This document shows positions 50,203 to 58,884 of a DNA stretch of 64,000 nt, one piece after another (the first letter of the stretch is position 1; the number at the start of each line of letters is the position of its first letter). The translations under genes and the position numbers were made by a program. The notes beneath the pieces were generated by a model. That model was not told the origin of the DNA. It saw only the letters and a list, made by a program, of their open reading frames with translations, and did not search any database. This stretch comes from Candidatus Dormiibacterota bacterium. Lineage in GTDB: Bacteria; Chloroflexota; Dormibacteria; Aeolococcales; Bog-877. The stretch spans positions 1,427 through 65,426 of the forward strand of contig DAHVMY010000004.1 of assembly GCA_027319585.1 (NCBI GenBank). Direction: 5' to 3'.

Positions 50203-50838
50203 TCAGCGCTTGAGGCTTCCGGGACCGCGCGGCCCAGTGTGCCTGCCTCGGAAGTTCGGTCCCATCGCCTCTGGCGGCTCTGGCTTATCCACCCCGAGGG
50301 ACTCCCGCTCTGCCGGGAACATCTCTTCGACCAAGAAGCGCGTCTTGGGCAACAGGAGTTCTGGTGGGTACAGACGCTCCACGACCGCGAGGACCTCGTC
50401 TCTCGTCTTGAGATCGAGCAACGTGGCGAGGTGGGCGATGTCTCCCCGGTCCTGCTCGGGCCGCGCAGCCAGCAGCTTCATCCCCAGCAGGAACTCTGGG
50501 GAGGCGGCGGTGACTCGTAGGCCTGGCACGTCAAGCACCTTGTTCGCGCCTGGGTCAGCGCCCGGCACAAAACCCCTGGCCGCGTCGTTGAGCCAGCCAT
50601 GCGGCAGCCGAAGGTCATCGCCGACGATCTGGGCAGCCTTGTAGATCTCGTCAGTCGGTGCGAAGACGGCGTCGATGTCGCGGGTCATCCGATCGGCGTC
50701 ATAAGCAAGGACCATCGCCGCTCCCCCGACCAAGTAAACATCGCCAACCAGCCCTGCCGTGACCAGTTGTGCGCCTAACCGGGTCAAAGCCTCGATTGCT
50801 TGATCCCGGGTTAGGAACCCCGCCCCGCTCGCTGTCAT
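50203..50838 (-). CDS. Nucleotidyltransferase (DUF6036-like), putative toxin
   Basis: LVGGAAM...RMTRDIDA Pol-beta-like motif, GWLND, MKLLAAR..DRGD; ATGA overlap with the HTH gene. Confidence 0.8.
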   Translation of the reverse strand: MTASGAGFLTRDQAIEALTRLGAQLVTAGLVGDVYLVGGAAMVLAYDADRMTRDIDAVFAPTDEIYKAAQIVGDDLRLPHGWLNDAARGFVPGADPGANKVLDVPGLRVTAASPEFLLGMKLLAARPEQDRGDIAHLATLLDLKTRDEVLAVVERLYPPELLLPKTRFLVEEMFPAERESLGVDKPEPPEAMGPNFRGRHTGPRGPGSLKR

Positions 50839-51401
50839 CGCCGCTCCAGTCCCGCAGCTGTTACGAAGATTCCCCGCTTGGCAAAGGACCGAGGACTCTC
50901 GCGCAGGCTCGTGGGGATCCACGCTGGGGCGCCGGCGACGAACCACCAGGGCCGGGCCACGCGATCGGGATCCTGGGCCCAACCTGGGGCCGGGAGACCC
51001 CGCTGGAGGGTCAGGTGTTCCGCCAAGGCGGCCATGAGGGCATCCGTGGCGCTGTCACCGGTTGGGGCTGGCGCGTCAGCCACCACGAGAGCGGTATCGG
51101 CCGGGGTGCCCAGCGCTTCGTCGTCCAGCACCTCCCCCACCAGGCGCCAGGCCGCCGTGCTCCCGTCGGAGCGGCGCACCTCCGCCATAACGGGAGCCAG
51201 GGCTGTCAAGGAAGCCCAGCGGCGCCCTGCGGGCAGGCACGCCTCCACGAGCCGGTTGAACGTCCCCACATTGGGGACCAGCGCCCCAGACTCATACCGG
51301 CTCAAGGTCGCTGACGAAGTCCCCGCGCGGCGCGCGACCTCGCGCTGTGAGAAGCCGGCGCGTGCCCGTACAAATCGGAGCCGAGAGCTTGCGTCCATCA
51401 T
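50835..51401 (-). CDS. XRE-family HTH protein with C-terminal domain, putative antitoxin
   Basis: SQREVARRAGTSSATLSRYESG; C-terminal P.W...PWW...SP.SF..RGIF pattern. Confidence 0.8.
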   Translation of the reverse strand: MMDASSRLRFVRARAGFSQREVARRAGTSSATLSRYESGALVPNVGTFNRLVEACLPAGRRWASLTALAPVMAEVRRSDGSTAAWRLVGEVLDDEALGTPADTALVVADAPAPTGDSATDALMAALAEHLTLQRGLPAPGWAQDPDRVARPWWFVAGAPAWIPTSLRESPRSFAKRGIFVTAAGLERR

Positions 51402-51422
51402 GCTATCGAGAATGATAGCATG
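51399..51422. promoter_or_regulatory. Palindromic operator CATGCTATC-N6-GATAGCATG
   Basis: Perfect 9-bp inverted repeat covering a TATCAT -10-like hexamer and the HTH start codon. Confidence 0.75.
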
Positions 51423-51523
51423 CCCGAAACTCGTCCGATACCACTCAGCGGATCGGGTGCGCCCCTATGCAATCCCGAGCTGAGCTTTAAATCGCCCACT
51501 CCCAACCGCAGAGGGGTGCTCCA

Positions 51524-51745
51524 ATGAACCGTCGCGAACTGGCCAAGACCTTGCAAGCCCAACTGCTCTACGATGGCGACCCCAACGATCCCGTCTTCTC
51601 GAGCTTCAACTTCGCCGATGAGACGCTCCAGCTGATCTTCGGACTGATCAAGCAGAAGCTTGAGGCCGGGGAGGATGTGGCCGTCCGTGGATTCGGCCAG
51701 TGGAGGGTCCGAGAGACTCCGGGCGGAATGAGGCGCAACCCCACC
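51524..51745 (+). pseudogene. HU/IHF-like DNA-binding protein, 3'-truncated
   Basis: MNRREL...GEDVAVRGFGQWRVRE...RRNP, then similarity stops; RBS-like GAGGGG upstream. Confidence 0.7.
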
Positions 51746-51986
51746 CACGAGGGTCTTCCCGGCCGACGCCCGCGCCTCGGCCGCCAGCCCGGTCAGCGCC
51801 AAGGTATCCAACACCAAGGTTTGGCAGGAGCGACGCAGGGCTCCGCCACAGCACGGGCGAGGCCAAGGATCGGTCAGGCCGCCCAAGCGGTCAAGATGGA
51901 GCCAACGATGCCGGACTCTTGATGATCGCGGCGTGACAGCGCCTTGATCGGCCCGGCCGATCGAGCGGGCATGGAGGACGCCGAGG

Positions 51987-54581
51987 ATGGCAGTTGTAAG
52001 GCTGGTGGTCAATGGGAAGCCCCACGATCTGAGCATCGCGCCGGATGTGCCCCTGCTACGGGCCTTGCGGGAGCGCCTCAACCTCAAGGGCCCGAAGTAC
52101 GGGTGTGGGGAGGGAGCGTGCGGCGCCTGCGCCGTCCTGCTCGACGGCGAGACACATCTGGCTTGCTCCACCACCGTCGCGGAGGTCGGGCCACGGACGA
52201 TCACGACAATCGAGGGGCTCGCACCGCCCGGGCAACTGCACCCGGTACAGGCTGCGTTCCTCGCCGAGGGCGCGCTGCAGTGCGGGTTCTGCACCCCAGG
52301 AATGGTCGTCGCCGCGGCTGGGCTTTTGAGGGTCAACCCCGACCCCGACGAGCTCGACATCCGCACCGCGCTCAACGGGCACCTCTGCCGTTGCGGCGCC
52401 TACTCCAGGATCGTGAGAGCGGTATCTCGAGCGGCCCGGACCCGAGGCAGCGTGCAGCCCACGCCACCTGCTGGGCCCCAACCGCCGCGGGTCCAGCTGG
52501 GCACGCGACGCCCTTGGGAGCGCATCGCTGCGCTGGATCGCCCGTACTTCGACGTGCTCTCGGATGGCTTGGTGGCGGTCCTGCCAGGCGCGCCGCCGAG
52601 CGCGGGACAGCATTGGCCCGATGGAGGGGCCTTCGTGCACGTGGGCAGTACCGGGGTGGTGACGGCGTTTATCGGCAAGGTGGACGGCGGGCAGGACAAT
52701 CGGACCGCGCTCGCCCAGCTCGTGGCCGAGGAACTGCGGGTGCCCCCAGACCGAGTCGTGATGGTGATGGGTGACACAGGCGTATCCCCATTCGACCCGG
52801 GCACCTTCGGGAGCCGATCCATGCCCGACGCCGGCCACCACCTTCGCCTCGCCTCGGTGGCGGCGCGACGCGGCCTGCTGGAGCTGGCCCGCGACCGCCT
52901 GGGGGTCCCCGAAGAGCAGCCACTGCAGGCTGCCGAGGGCGTGGCGCGGACCACCGACGGCACCCGGACTATGAGCTATGCAGACTTGGTCGAAGGAGTT
53001 CGCGTGGTGCGCGAGGCGAGCCGCCGCGAGGAGCTCACCCCGCCCCGGGAGTGGACCTGCGCCGGGAGGGCTGCCGCGCGGGCGACGTCGCCGGCCGCGG
53101 TGACCGGTATCAAGGTCTACCCGTCCGATCTGGTGGTGGACGGGATGCTCGCAGGCAAGACTCTCGCCCGCCCGTACCATGGGGCACGCTTGGAGTCCTT
53201 GGACCTGACTTTGGCAGAGCAGGTCGAGGGGGCCACTCTCATCCGCGAAGGGGATCTGGTTGGAGCGGTCGGCGACGACCCTGCGACGGTCGCGCGAGCG
53301 ATAGCCCTAATACAAGCGACGTGGAGCCCCGCCCCCGACGTGAGCAGCGCCACCATCGCCGACTACCTCCGCCAGCACCCAGTGCAGACGCAGGGTTGGG
53401 GTGGGTCGTTCCTCGCAGAAGGCGGCGACGTCGCAGCGGCTGTCCGGTCGGGACACCGGTCCCTCCACGCCACCTACACCGTCCCCTACATCGCCCATGT
53501 CCCCATGGAGCCACGTAGTGCCGTCGCTCGCTGGGTGGGCGACGCGGTCACGATCTGGACCGGAACGCAGCGGCCATTCGCGGTGCGACGCGAGGTGGCC
53601 GACGCCATGGGCATCGACGAGGAGGCAGTCGAGGTGATCGTCCCCGACTTCGGCGGGGGGTTTGGCGGCAAACACACCGGCGAGGCAGCCATCGCCGCTG
53701 CCACCCTGGCCCGCCGTGCGGGGCGTCCGGTGCGAGTCGCCTGGAGTCGAGCGGAGGAGTTTACCCAGGGCTACTTGCGCCCGGCAGCGGTTATCGATGT
53801 GACCAGTGCCACAAGTTCGGACGGCAGCATTTCGGCGTGGGACTTCGTCAACGTCAACTCCGGCCCGCACGCGATCCAGCCCCCCTACGCGATTCCCAAC
53901 TGGAGGCTGCACTTTCAGCCAGCCGCCTCGCCGCTCCGGCAGGGGTCCTATCGGGCGCTGGCGGCGACCGCGAACAACTTCGCTCGGGAGTCGCACATTG
54001 ACGAGCTCGCCGCCCTCACCGGGGAGGATCCGTTGCAGTTCCGCCTGCGGCAGCTGACCGACTGGCGGCTGGCGGACGTGCTGCGGCAAGTTGCAAGCCG
54101 GGCCGGGTGGGATCACCGCCACAGCGGTGATGGCCGCGGCTTCGGACTGGCGGTGGGACTGGAGAAGGATGGCCGCATCGCCGCCTGCGTCGAGGTGCGC
54201 GTGCACCGCGACCAGCGCCTGGAGGTTCTTCGGGTGATCACCGGCTTTGACTGCGGCGCGATCGTGAGCCCCGACAACCTCGCCAACCAGGTGGAAGGGG
54301 CTGCGATCATGGGGCTGGGTGGAGCCCTGTTCGAGGCCGTGGAGTTCGCGGGTGGCAAGGTCACCAACGCGTCCCTGCGGCAGTACCGGGTCCCCCGCTT
54401 CCTGGACGTTCCCCCAATTGAGGTGATCCTGGTGGATCGACCCGAGCTGGAACCGGCTGGCGGCGGGGAGACGCCGATCATGGCGATCGCGCCCGCCCTG
54501 GCCAACGCCATATTTGCCGCGACGTGTCGCCGCCTGCGAGCACTTCCCTTGGCACCCAAGGGGCTGCTCGCCGAAGCGTGA
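51987..54581 (+). CDS. Fused 2Fe-2S / molybdopterin-binding oxidoreductase (xanthine dehydrogenase / isoquinoline oxidoreductase family)
   Basis: CGEGACGAC, QCGFCTPG and CRCGAY; MoCo domains with HVPMEP, GGGFGGK, NQVEG and GGETP. Confidence 0.92.
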   Translation: MAVVRLVVNGKPHDLSIAPDVPLLRALRERLNLKGPKYGCGEGACGACAVLLDGETHLACSTTVAEVGPRTITTIEGLAPPGQLHPVQAAFLAEGALQCGFCTPGMVVAAAGLLRVNPDPDELDIRTALNGHLCRCGAYSRIVRAVSRAARTRGSVQPTPPAGPQPPRVQLGTRRPWERIAALDRPYFDVLSDGLVAVLPGAPPSAGQHWPDGGAFVHVGSTGVVTAFIGKVDGGQDNRTALAQLVAEELRVPPDRVVMVMGDTGVSPFDPGTFGSRSMPDAGHHLRLASVAARRGLLELARDRLGVPEEQPLQAAEGVARTTDGTRTMSYADLVEGVRVVREASRREELTPPREWTCAGRAAARATSPAAVTGIKVYPSDLVVDGMLAGKTLARPYHGARLESLDLTLAEQVEGATLIREGDLVGAVGDDPATVARAIALIQATWSPAPDVSSATIADYLRQHPVQTQGWGGSFLAEGGDVAAAVRSGHRSLHATYTVPYIAHVPMEPRSAVARWVGDAVTIWTGTQRPFAVRREVADAMGIDEEAVEVIVPDFGGGFGGKHTGEAAIAAATLARRAGRPVRVAWSRAEEFTQGYLRPAAVIDVTSATSSDGSISAWDFVNVNSGPHAIQPPYAIPNWRLHFQPAASPLRQGSYRALAATANNFARESHIDELAALTGEDPLQFRLRQLTDWRLADVLRQVASRAGWDHRHSGDGRGFGLAVGLEKDGRIAACVEVRVHRDQRLEVLRVITGFDCGAIVSPDNLANQVEGAAIMGLGGALFEAVEFAGGKVTNASLRQYRVPRFLDVPPIEVILVDRPELEPAGGGETPIMAIAPALANAIFAATCRRLRALPLAPKGLLAEA

Positions 54582-54954
54582 CCCCAAACTCATCCACCGT
54601 CGCCGCCTGAACTCGCCTGCCCCGAATCTCCGGGATGTGCGCGCTCGCTGACCACCCCGGGTGAGTCGGCAAGGCGTGTGCTGGGTCGCGGGCCACACCC
54701 GCCGGGCCTTCGCACAGCGACTAGTCTCCCATGGCCCTGGCGGGCCGCCCGCTGGCGGGTGAAAATAGGGCTGCCATCCGGCGACATCGAGCTCTCCTTG
54801 GTGCCATGAGCCCGGCGACTAGTCGGATTGCGGGAGCCGAAGGCACCCCTGACTGTTGCTTTGAGCACGAGCCTTAGATCTCGCTTGTCGGTTGGGCGTG
54901 GCGCAAGCCGGAGGAGGGCTCGTGGAGACGCAGATCGCGCGCGACCGACGGCCG

Positions 54955-55713
54955 CTACTCGTAAAAAATCGGCGAATGGCGCAGCGTGCGCCACTGCTCA
55001 GGGTCGTGTCCGTAGATGACCCTGGCCCTCAGGTCGCGTGCCCGATCAACCAGCTCTCGGGCACTCCGGCTGGCCAGCTCGGGATCGGCGTGGGCGGTCC
55101 AGCGGTCGTAACGCAGATTGTCCTCTTCGTAAATCGCGTCACCACACAGGATCACCGCCTGGCCACCGTCCAGGTGGACCACCACCGACTGGTGCCCCGG
55201 CGCATGCCCCGGGGTGGGGAACACCGAGACCCCATCTCCGAGGTCGGCCTCACCGTCCAGCAGGCTGTAATCCAGTCCGTCAAGACGCCAGTACTGATTG
55301 GGGAACGAAGGATTGTCCAGGGCGCTGTGGTAGTGCTCGCGTTGAACGTGAAAGGTGGCGTTGGTGAAGGCGTCGTTGTTGCCGGCATGGTCAAAATGAA
55401 AGTGCGTGTTGATCACATCGGTGATGTCGGTGCTGCGCAGCCCCAACTGGGCCAGGCGATAGTCGACGGTGTCCTCCAGACGCATCACCGGGCGCAGTTC
55501 CCGGGCAAAGGCGGTGCCCCGCCACGTCCGGTCCGGGTCCTCGATGTGGCTGCGATGGATCCCCGTGTCGACCAGCATCCGCCTCCCAGAGTCGGTGGTC
55601 AGCAGGTAGCCGATGATCGGGATGTGGATGCGCAGCCCGTCGTCGGTGCCCGGGGTGAGCACGCTCTTGTCACAGCACGCCTCGCCCAAGCCGAGCGCGT
55701 AGAGTCGCTTCAA
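54955..55713 (-). CDS. N-acyl-homoserine lactonase-family metallo-hydrolase
   Basis: LVDTG, THFHFDHAG, TPGHAPGHQS, GDA and YGHD motifs. Confidence 0.88.
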   Translation of the reverse strand: MKRLYALGLGEACCDKSVLTPGTDDGLRIHIPIIGYLLTTDSGRRMLVDTGIHRSHIEDPDRTWRGTAFARELRPVMRLEDTVDYRLAQLGLRSTDITDVINTHFHFDHAGNNDAFTNATFHVQREHYHSALDNPSFPNQYWRLDGLDYSLLDGEADLGDGVSVFPTPGHAPGHQSVVVHLDGGQAVILCGDAIYEEDNLRYDRWTAHADPELASRSARELVDRARDLRARVIYGHDPEQWRTLRHSPIFYE

Positions 55714-55802
55714 GCTCTCACCTCGAAGCGATCTTAGTGGCCGGCGGCCGGGATGCGCCAGAGCACCGTCCCAGCCACAGACCCGTGCGCCACAATGGGG
55801 CG

Positions 55803-56615
55803 ATGGACCAGCGGGTCGGATATCAGGGGGAACCCGGGGCCAACTCCGACGAGGCGGCGCGCCAGCTCTTCCCCGGCGCCGACACCGTGGGTCTGCCGAC
55901 CTTCGCCGCGGTCTTCACAGCTGTGGCCAGGGGGGATTTGCAGTTTGCGGTCCTGCCCGTGGAGAACAGCCGCGCGGGGGTCGTGCAGGAGGTTAGCGAT
56001 CAGCTCTGGGCCCACCCGGAGCTGACTGTGGTCAGCGAACGAGTGGCTCCCATCCGTCACCATCTGCTCGCCGCCGACCACCAGCCGGTGGAGCGGGCCC
56101 TTTCCCACCCCCAGGCCCTGGCCCAGTGTGCGAACTGGTTAAGCGCCCACGGGATAGCGGGCATCCCGCATCCGGACACGGCTGGCGCGGCCCGCCAGGT
56201 GGCCCAGAGCAGGGTGGACGGGGAGGGAGCGATCGCATCACTCACCGCCGCCCGACTGTACGGGCTGGTGGTGGTGGCGGAGGACATCGCCGACGAGCCG
56301 TCCAACCAGACCCGTTTCGTGGTGGTCACCGCCCGCGCCGCTACCGGAGGGCCGATTCCTGGGAGGGCCAAGGTGTCAATGGGCCTGATCGCCCCCCATC
56401 GCCCCGGGGGGCTGGTCCGGGTGCTGGAGGTCTTCGCTGACCTGGAGCTGAACCTGACCCGGTTGGATGCCCGCCCCATACCGGACCTGCCCTTTCACTA
56501 CCGCTTCTACCTGGATGCCGAGCTCGAGCAGGCGGGCCAGGTGGACCTGCTGCTGCCCCGGTTGGCCTCCGTCAGCCAGGAGCTTCGGCTCTTCGGGATC
56601 TATCCCCTAACCTGA
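55803..56615 (+). CDS. pheA: Prephenate dehydratase
   Basis: [29 protein letters not shown] and C-terminal ACT domain; CACAAT 6 nt before the ATG. Confidence 0.92.
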   Translation: MDQRVGYQGEPGANSDEAARQLFPGADTVGLPTFAAVFTAVARGDLQFAVLPVENSRAGVVQEVSDQLWAHPELTVVSERVAPIRHHLLAADHQPVERALSHPQALAQCANWLSAHGIAGIPHPDTAGAARQVAQSRVDGEGAIASLTAARLYGLVVVAEDIADEPSNQTRFVVVTARAATGGPIPGRAKVSMGLIAPHRPGGLVRVLEVFADLELNLTRLDARPIPDLPFHYRFYLDAELEQAGQVDLLLPRLASVSQELRLFGIYPLT

Positions 56616-58324
56616 GCGGGCGAGAGCTCCTCGGCGAGGACCGCGCCGCGGGCGGAACTCCCGACCAGCTGGGCGTATCTGGCGAAGACCCCGCGCCGCT
56701 TCGGCACTTCCGGGGCGCGCCAGAGCCGACGTCGGCGCTCCCACTCCGCCTCCGGAACAGCGGCGGATACGGTCCGAGCGTCGACATCGATGGTGATCTG
56801 ATCGCCATCGCGCACCAGCGCGATCGGCCCCCCCACGGCGGCCTCGGGAGCGATGTGACCGATCATCAGCCCATGGGTTGCGCCCGAGAAGCGGCCGTCG
56901 GTCAGCAGGGCCACGCTGTCCCCGAGGCCCTGGCCAACCAGCGCCCCGGTCACGCCCAGCATCTCGCGCATGCCCGGGCCGCCGCGCGGACCCTCGTAGC
57001 GGATCACCACCACGTCGCCGGGGACGATTGACCTGGCGGACACCGCCGCCATCGCCGCCTCCTCGGAGTCGAAGACCCGCGCGGGCCCGGTGTGCTGGCG
57101 CCAGGTGTGCCCCGCCACCTTGACCACCGAGCCCTCCGGGGCGAGCTGCCCGTGGAGAATGGCCATGCCTCCGCTTGCGCTGAGCGCCTCCCCGACCCGC
57201 CGAACCACGTCCTGGCCATCGGTCTCGGGCCAGGTGTCGGCAGCGGCGGCCGCCTGGTCTTCCAGGCTGGAGCCGGTGCAGGTCTGGGCCGAGCCCGCCA
57301 CCGAGCCGTGCTCCAGCAACCGGCGCACCAGCAGCGCCACACCGCCGGCACGTGTCAGGTCGACGGCGTTGTAGCGGCCGCCGGGACGGAGGTCGGCCAG
57401 CCAGGGGGTGCGTTGACTCACGGCGTCGAAATCGTCGATCTGCAGCGGGATTCCGGCCTCGGTCGCGATTGCCAGCAGATGCAGCACCGCATTGGTCGAG
57501 CCCCCACTTGCCATCACCCCCGCGATCGCGTTCAGGAACGACTCCCGCGAGAGGTAGGTGCTGGGCCGCCGACCCCTGGCGACCATCTCCACCACCAAGC
57601 GGCCCACCTCGGCGGCGGCTTCGGGCTTGCCGGGATCGGTCGCTGGGATGCCCCCCAGCTGAAGTGGCGAAATGCCCAGCAGTTCGATGGCCATGGCCAT
57701 GGTGTTGGCGGTGAACTGGCCCCCGCAGGCGCCGGCCCCGGGGCAGGCGACGTCCTCCAACTGCCGGAGCTCGTCATCGCTGATGCGCCCGGCCTCGGCG
57801 GCCCCGATCGCCTCAAACACGTCGATCACCGTCACGTCCCGGCCCCGGAAGCGGCCGGGCTGAATGGAGCCGCCGTAGAGCAGGCAGCCGGGGAGGTCCA
57901 GCCGACACAGGGCCATGGCCGCGCCGGGGATGGTCTTGTCGCAGCCGACCAGCGCCACCACGCCATCCAGAAGATGGCCCCGGCAGACGAGCTCGATCGA
58001 GTCGGCGATGACCTCCCGGCTGATCAAGGACGCCTTCATGCCCTGGGTGCCCATGGCCACCCCGTCGGAGACCGCGATGGTGTTGAACTCCATCGGCGTG
58101 CCGCCGGCTTCCCGGATCCCGCGCTTGACGTGCTCCGCCAGCCGCCGCAGACCGAGGTTGCACGGCATGGTCTCGATCCAGGTGTTGGCGACCCCGATCA
58201 GGGGGCGGGACAGGTCGGAGTCCGTATAGCCGGCTCCCTTGAGCATCGCCCGAGCGGCAGCCCGCTCGCGGCCGACCACCAGGGCGCGACTCGGAAGCGC
58301 GTTCGCCTGCGTGGCTGGCTTCAT
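56600..58324 (-). CDS. ilvD: Dihydroxy-acid dehydratase
   Basis: [30 protein letters not shown] and DGRFSG motifs. Confidence 0.96.
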   Translation of the reverse strand: MKPATQANALPSRALVVGRERAAARAMLKGAGYTDSDLSRPLIGVANTWIETMPCNLGLRRLAEHVKRGIREAGGTPMEFNTIAVSDGVAMGTQGMKASLISREVIADSIELVCRGHLLDGVVALVGCDKTIPGAAMALCRLDLPGCLLYGGSIQPGRFRGRDVTVIDVFEAIGAAEAGRISDDELRQLEDVACPGAGACGGQFTANTMAMAIELLGISPLQLGGIPATDPGKPEAAAEVGRLVVEMVARGRRPSTYLSRESFLNAIAGVMASGGSTNAVLHLLAIATEAGIPLQIDDFDAVSQRTPWLADLRPGGRYNAVDLTRAGGVALLVRRLLEHGSVAGSAQTCTGSSLEDQAAAAADTWPETDGQDVVRRVGEALSASGGMAILHGQLAPEGSVVKVAGHTWRQHTGPARVFDSEEAAMAAVSARSIVPGDVVVIRYEGPRGGPGMREMLGVTGALVGQGLGDSVALLTDGRFSGATHGLMIGHIAPEAAVGGPIALVRDGDQITIDVDARTVSAAVPEAEWERRRRLWRAPEVPKRRGVFARYAQLVGSSARGAVLAEELSPAQVRG

Positions 58325-58448
58325 CTTGATTCGTCCTCAAACTGAACTTGAGCTGCCCGGGTGGCGGCCCTGCCGATGGCGTGAAACCATAGCAAGCCGC
58401 CCCGCGCCGCTGCGAGGCCCCGCGGCGGGCACGCCTTGGCACCCAAGC

Positions 58449-58477
58449 TTGACAGCGCTGCCAGGGGCTGGTATACC
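58449..58477 (+). promoter_or_regulatory. Sigma70-type promoter of the ilv-leu operon
   Basis: TTGACA-N17-TATACC with an extended -10 TG. Confidence 0.85.
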
Positions 58478-58508
58478 TGTCGGCAACTTGAACGCGCACC
58501 CCGCCGCC

Positions 58509-58571
58509 ATGCTGACTCGTGAGAGCTCCTTCGCTCTAGTAGGCCTAATTTCAGGAGGGCTGGTCAGCTAA
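58509..58571 (+). CDS. ilv-leu attenuator leader peptide (MLTRESSFALVGLISGGLVS)
   Basis: 20 codons with 4 Leu, 2 Val and 1 Ile, including AT-rich CTA GTA GGC CTA ATT; overlaps the antiterminator. Confidence 0.75.
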   Translation: MLTRESSFALVGLISGGLVS

Positions 58572-58596
58572 AGGCTGCGCATCCGCACTTAGCTGC

Positions 58597-58629
58597 AAGC
58601 CCCCCGGTCACCACCGGGGGGCTTTTTTT
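58597..58629 (+). terminator. Attenuator intrinsic terminator
   Basis: AAGCCCCCCGG-TCACCA-CCGGGGGGCTT followed by a T-run. Confidence 0.92.
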
Positions 58630-58685
58630 GTTTTCCGAACCCATCTCCATCGCTGTTCGACCGAGCAACCACCAGGAGGCCAATC

Positions 58686-58874
58686 ATGTCCGCACCTCGC
58701 GATATCCCCGGCACCGAAGGCCCGTCTCCGTTCGCGTTCCCGCCTGACATCGAGCTCGACGAGGCGGCGCGCAACTGGGTGCGCCACCACCACGAACACG
58801 CCCGCCCGATGCGGCAGATGGCCGCCGACGCGGCGGTGACGTCCGCCATCGGCAGGGCCTACGGTCAGGGCTGA
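58686..58874 (+). CDS. Unknown 62-aa protein, first gene after the attenuator
   Basis: AGGAGG RBS 6 nt before the ATG; GC-typical codons; HHHEH motif; stop 10 nt before ilvB. Confidence 0.7.
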   Translation: MSAPRDIPGTEGPSPFAFPPDIELDEAARNWVRHHHEHARPMRQMAADAAVTSAIGRAYGQG

Positions 58875-58884
58875 GAGTCCGGCG

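Larger units (their letters stand above)
48702..51950. mobile_element. Decayed tRNA-Phe-associated genomic island
   Basis: Integrase remnant next to the tRNA 3' end, PLD and HU fragments, two TA-like modules; right boundary approximate and no duplicated tRNA end seen. Confidence 0.75.

Noticed and set aside
48702-51950. CRISPR, integron attC array or intact prophage
   Set aside because: Only two diverged repeat copies, no regular spacers, no attC core sites, no structural phage genes.
54590-54950. Minus-strand ORF with an AAGGAGAG RBS-like site (ATG 54787) and two GCGACTAGTC copies
   Set aside because: Low-complexity translation with no recognisable motif; cannot be told apart from non-coding sequence or a decayed fragment.
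58480-58630. T-box riboswitch interpretation of the ilv leader
   Set aside because: The leader is too short and has no T-box consensus (GGTGGNACC) or specifier stem; the leader-peptide model fits better.
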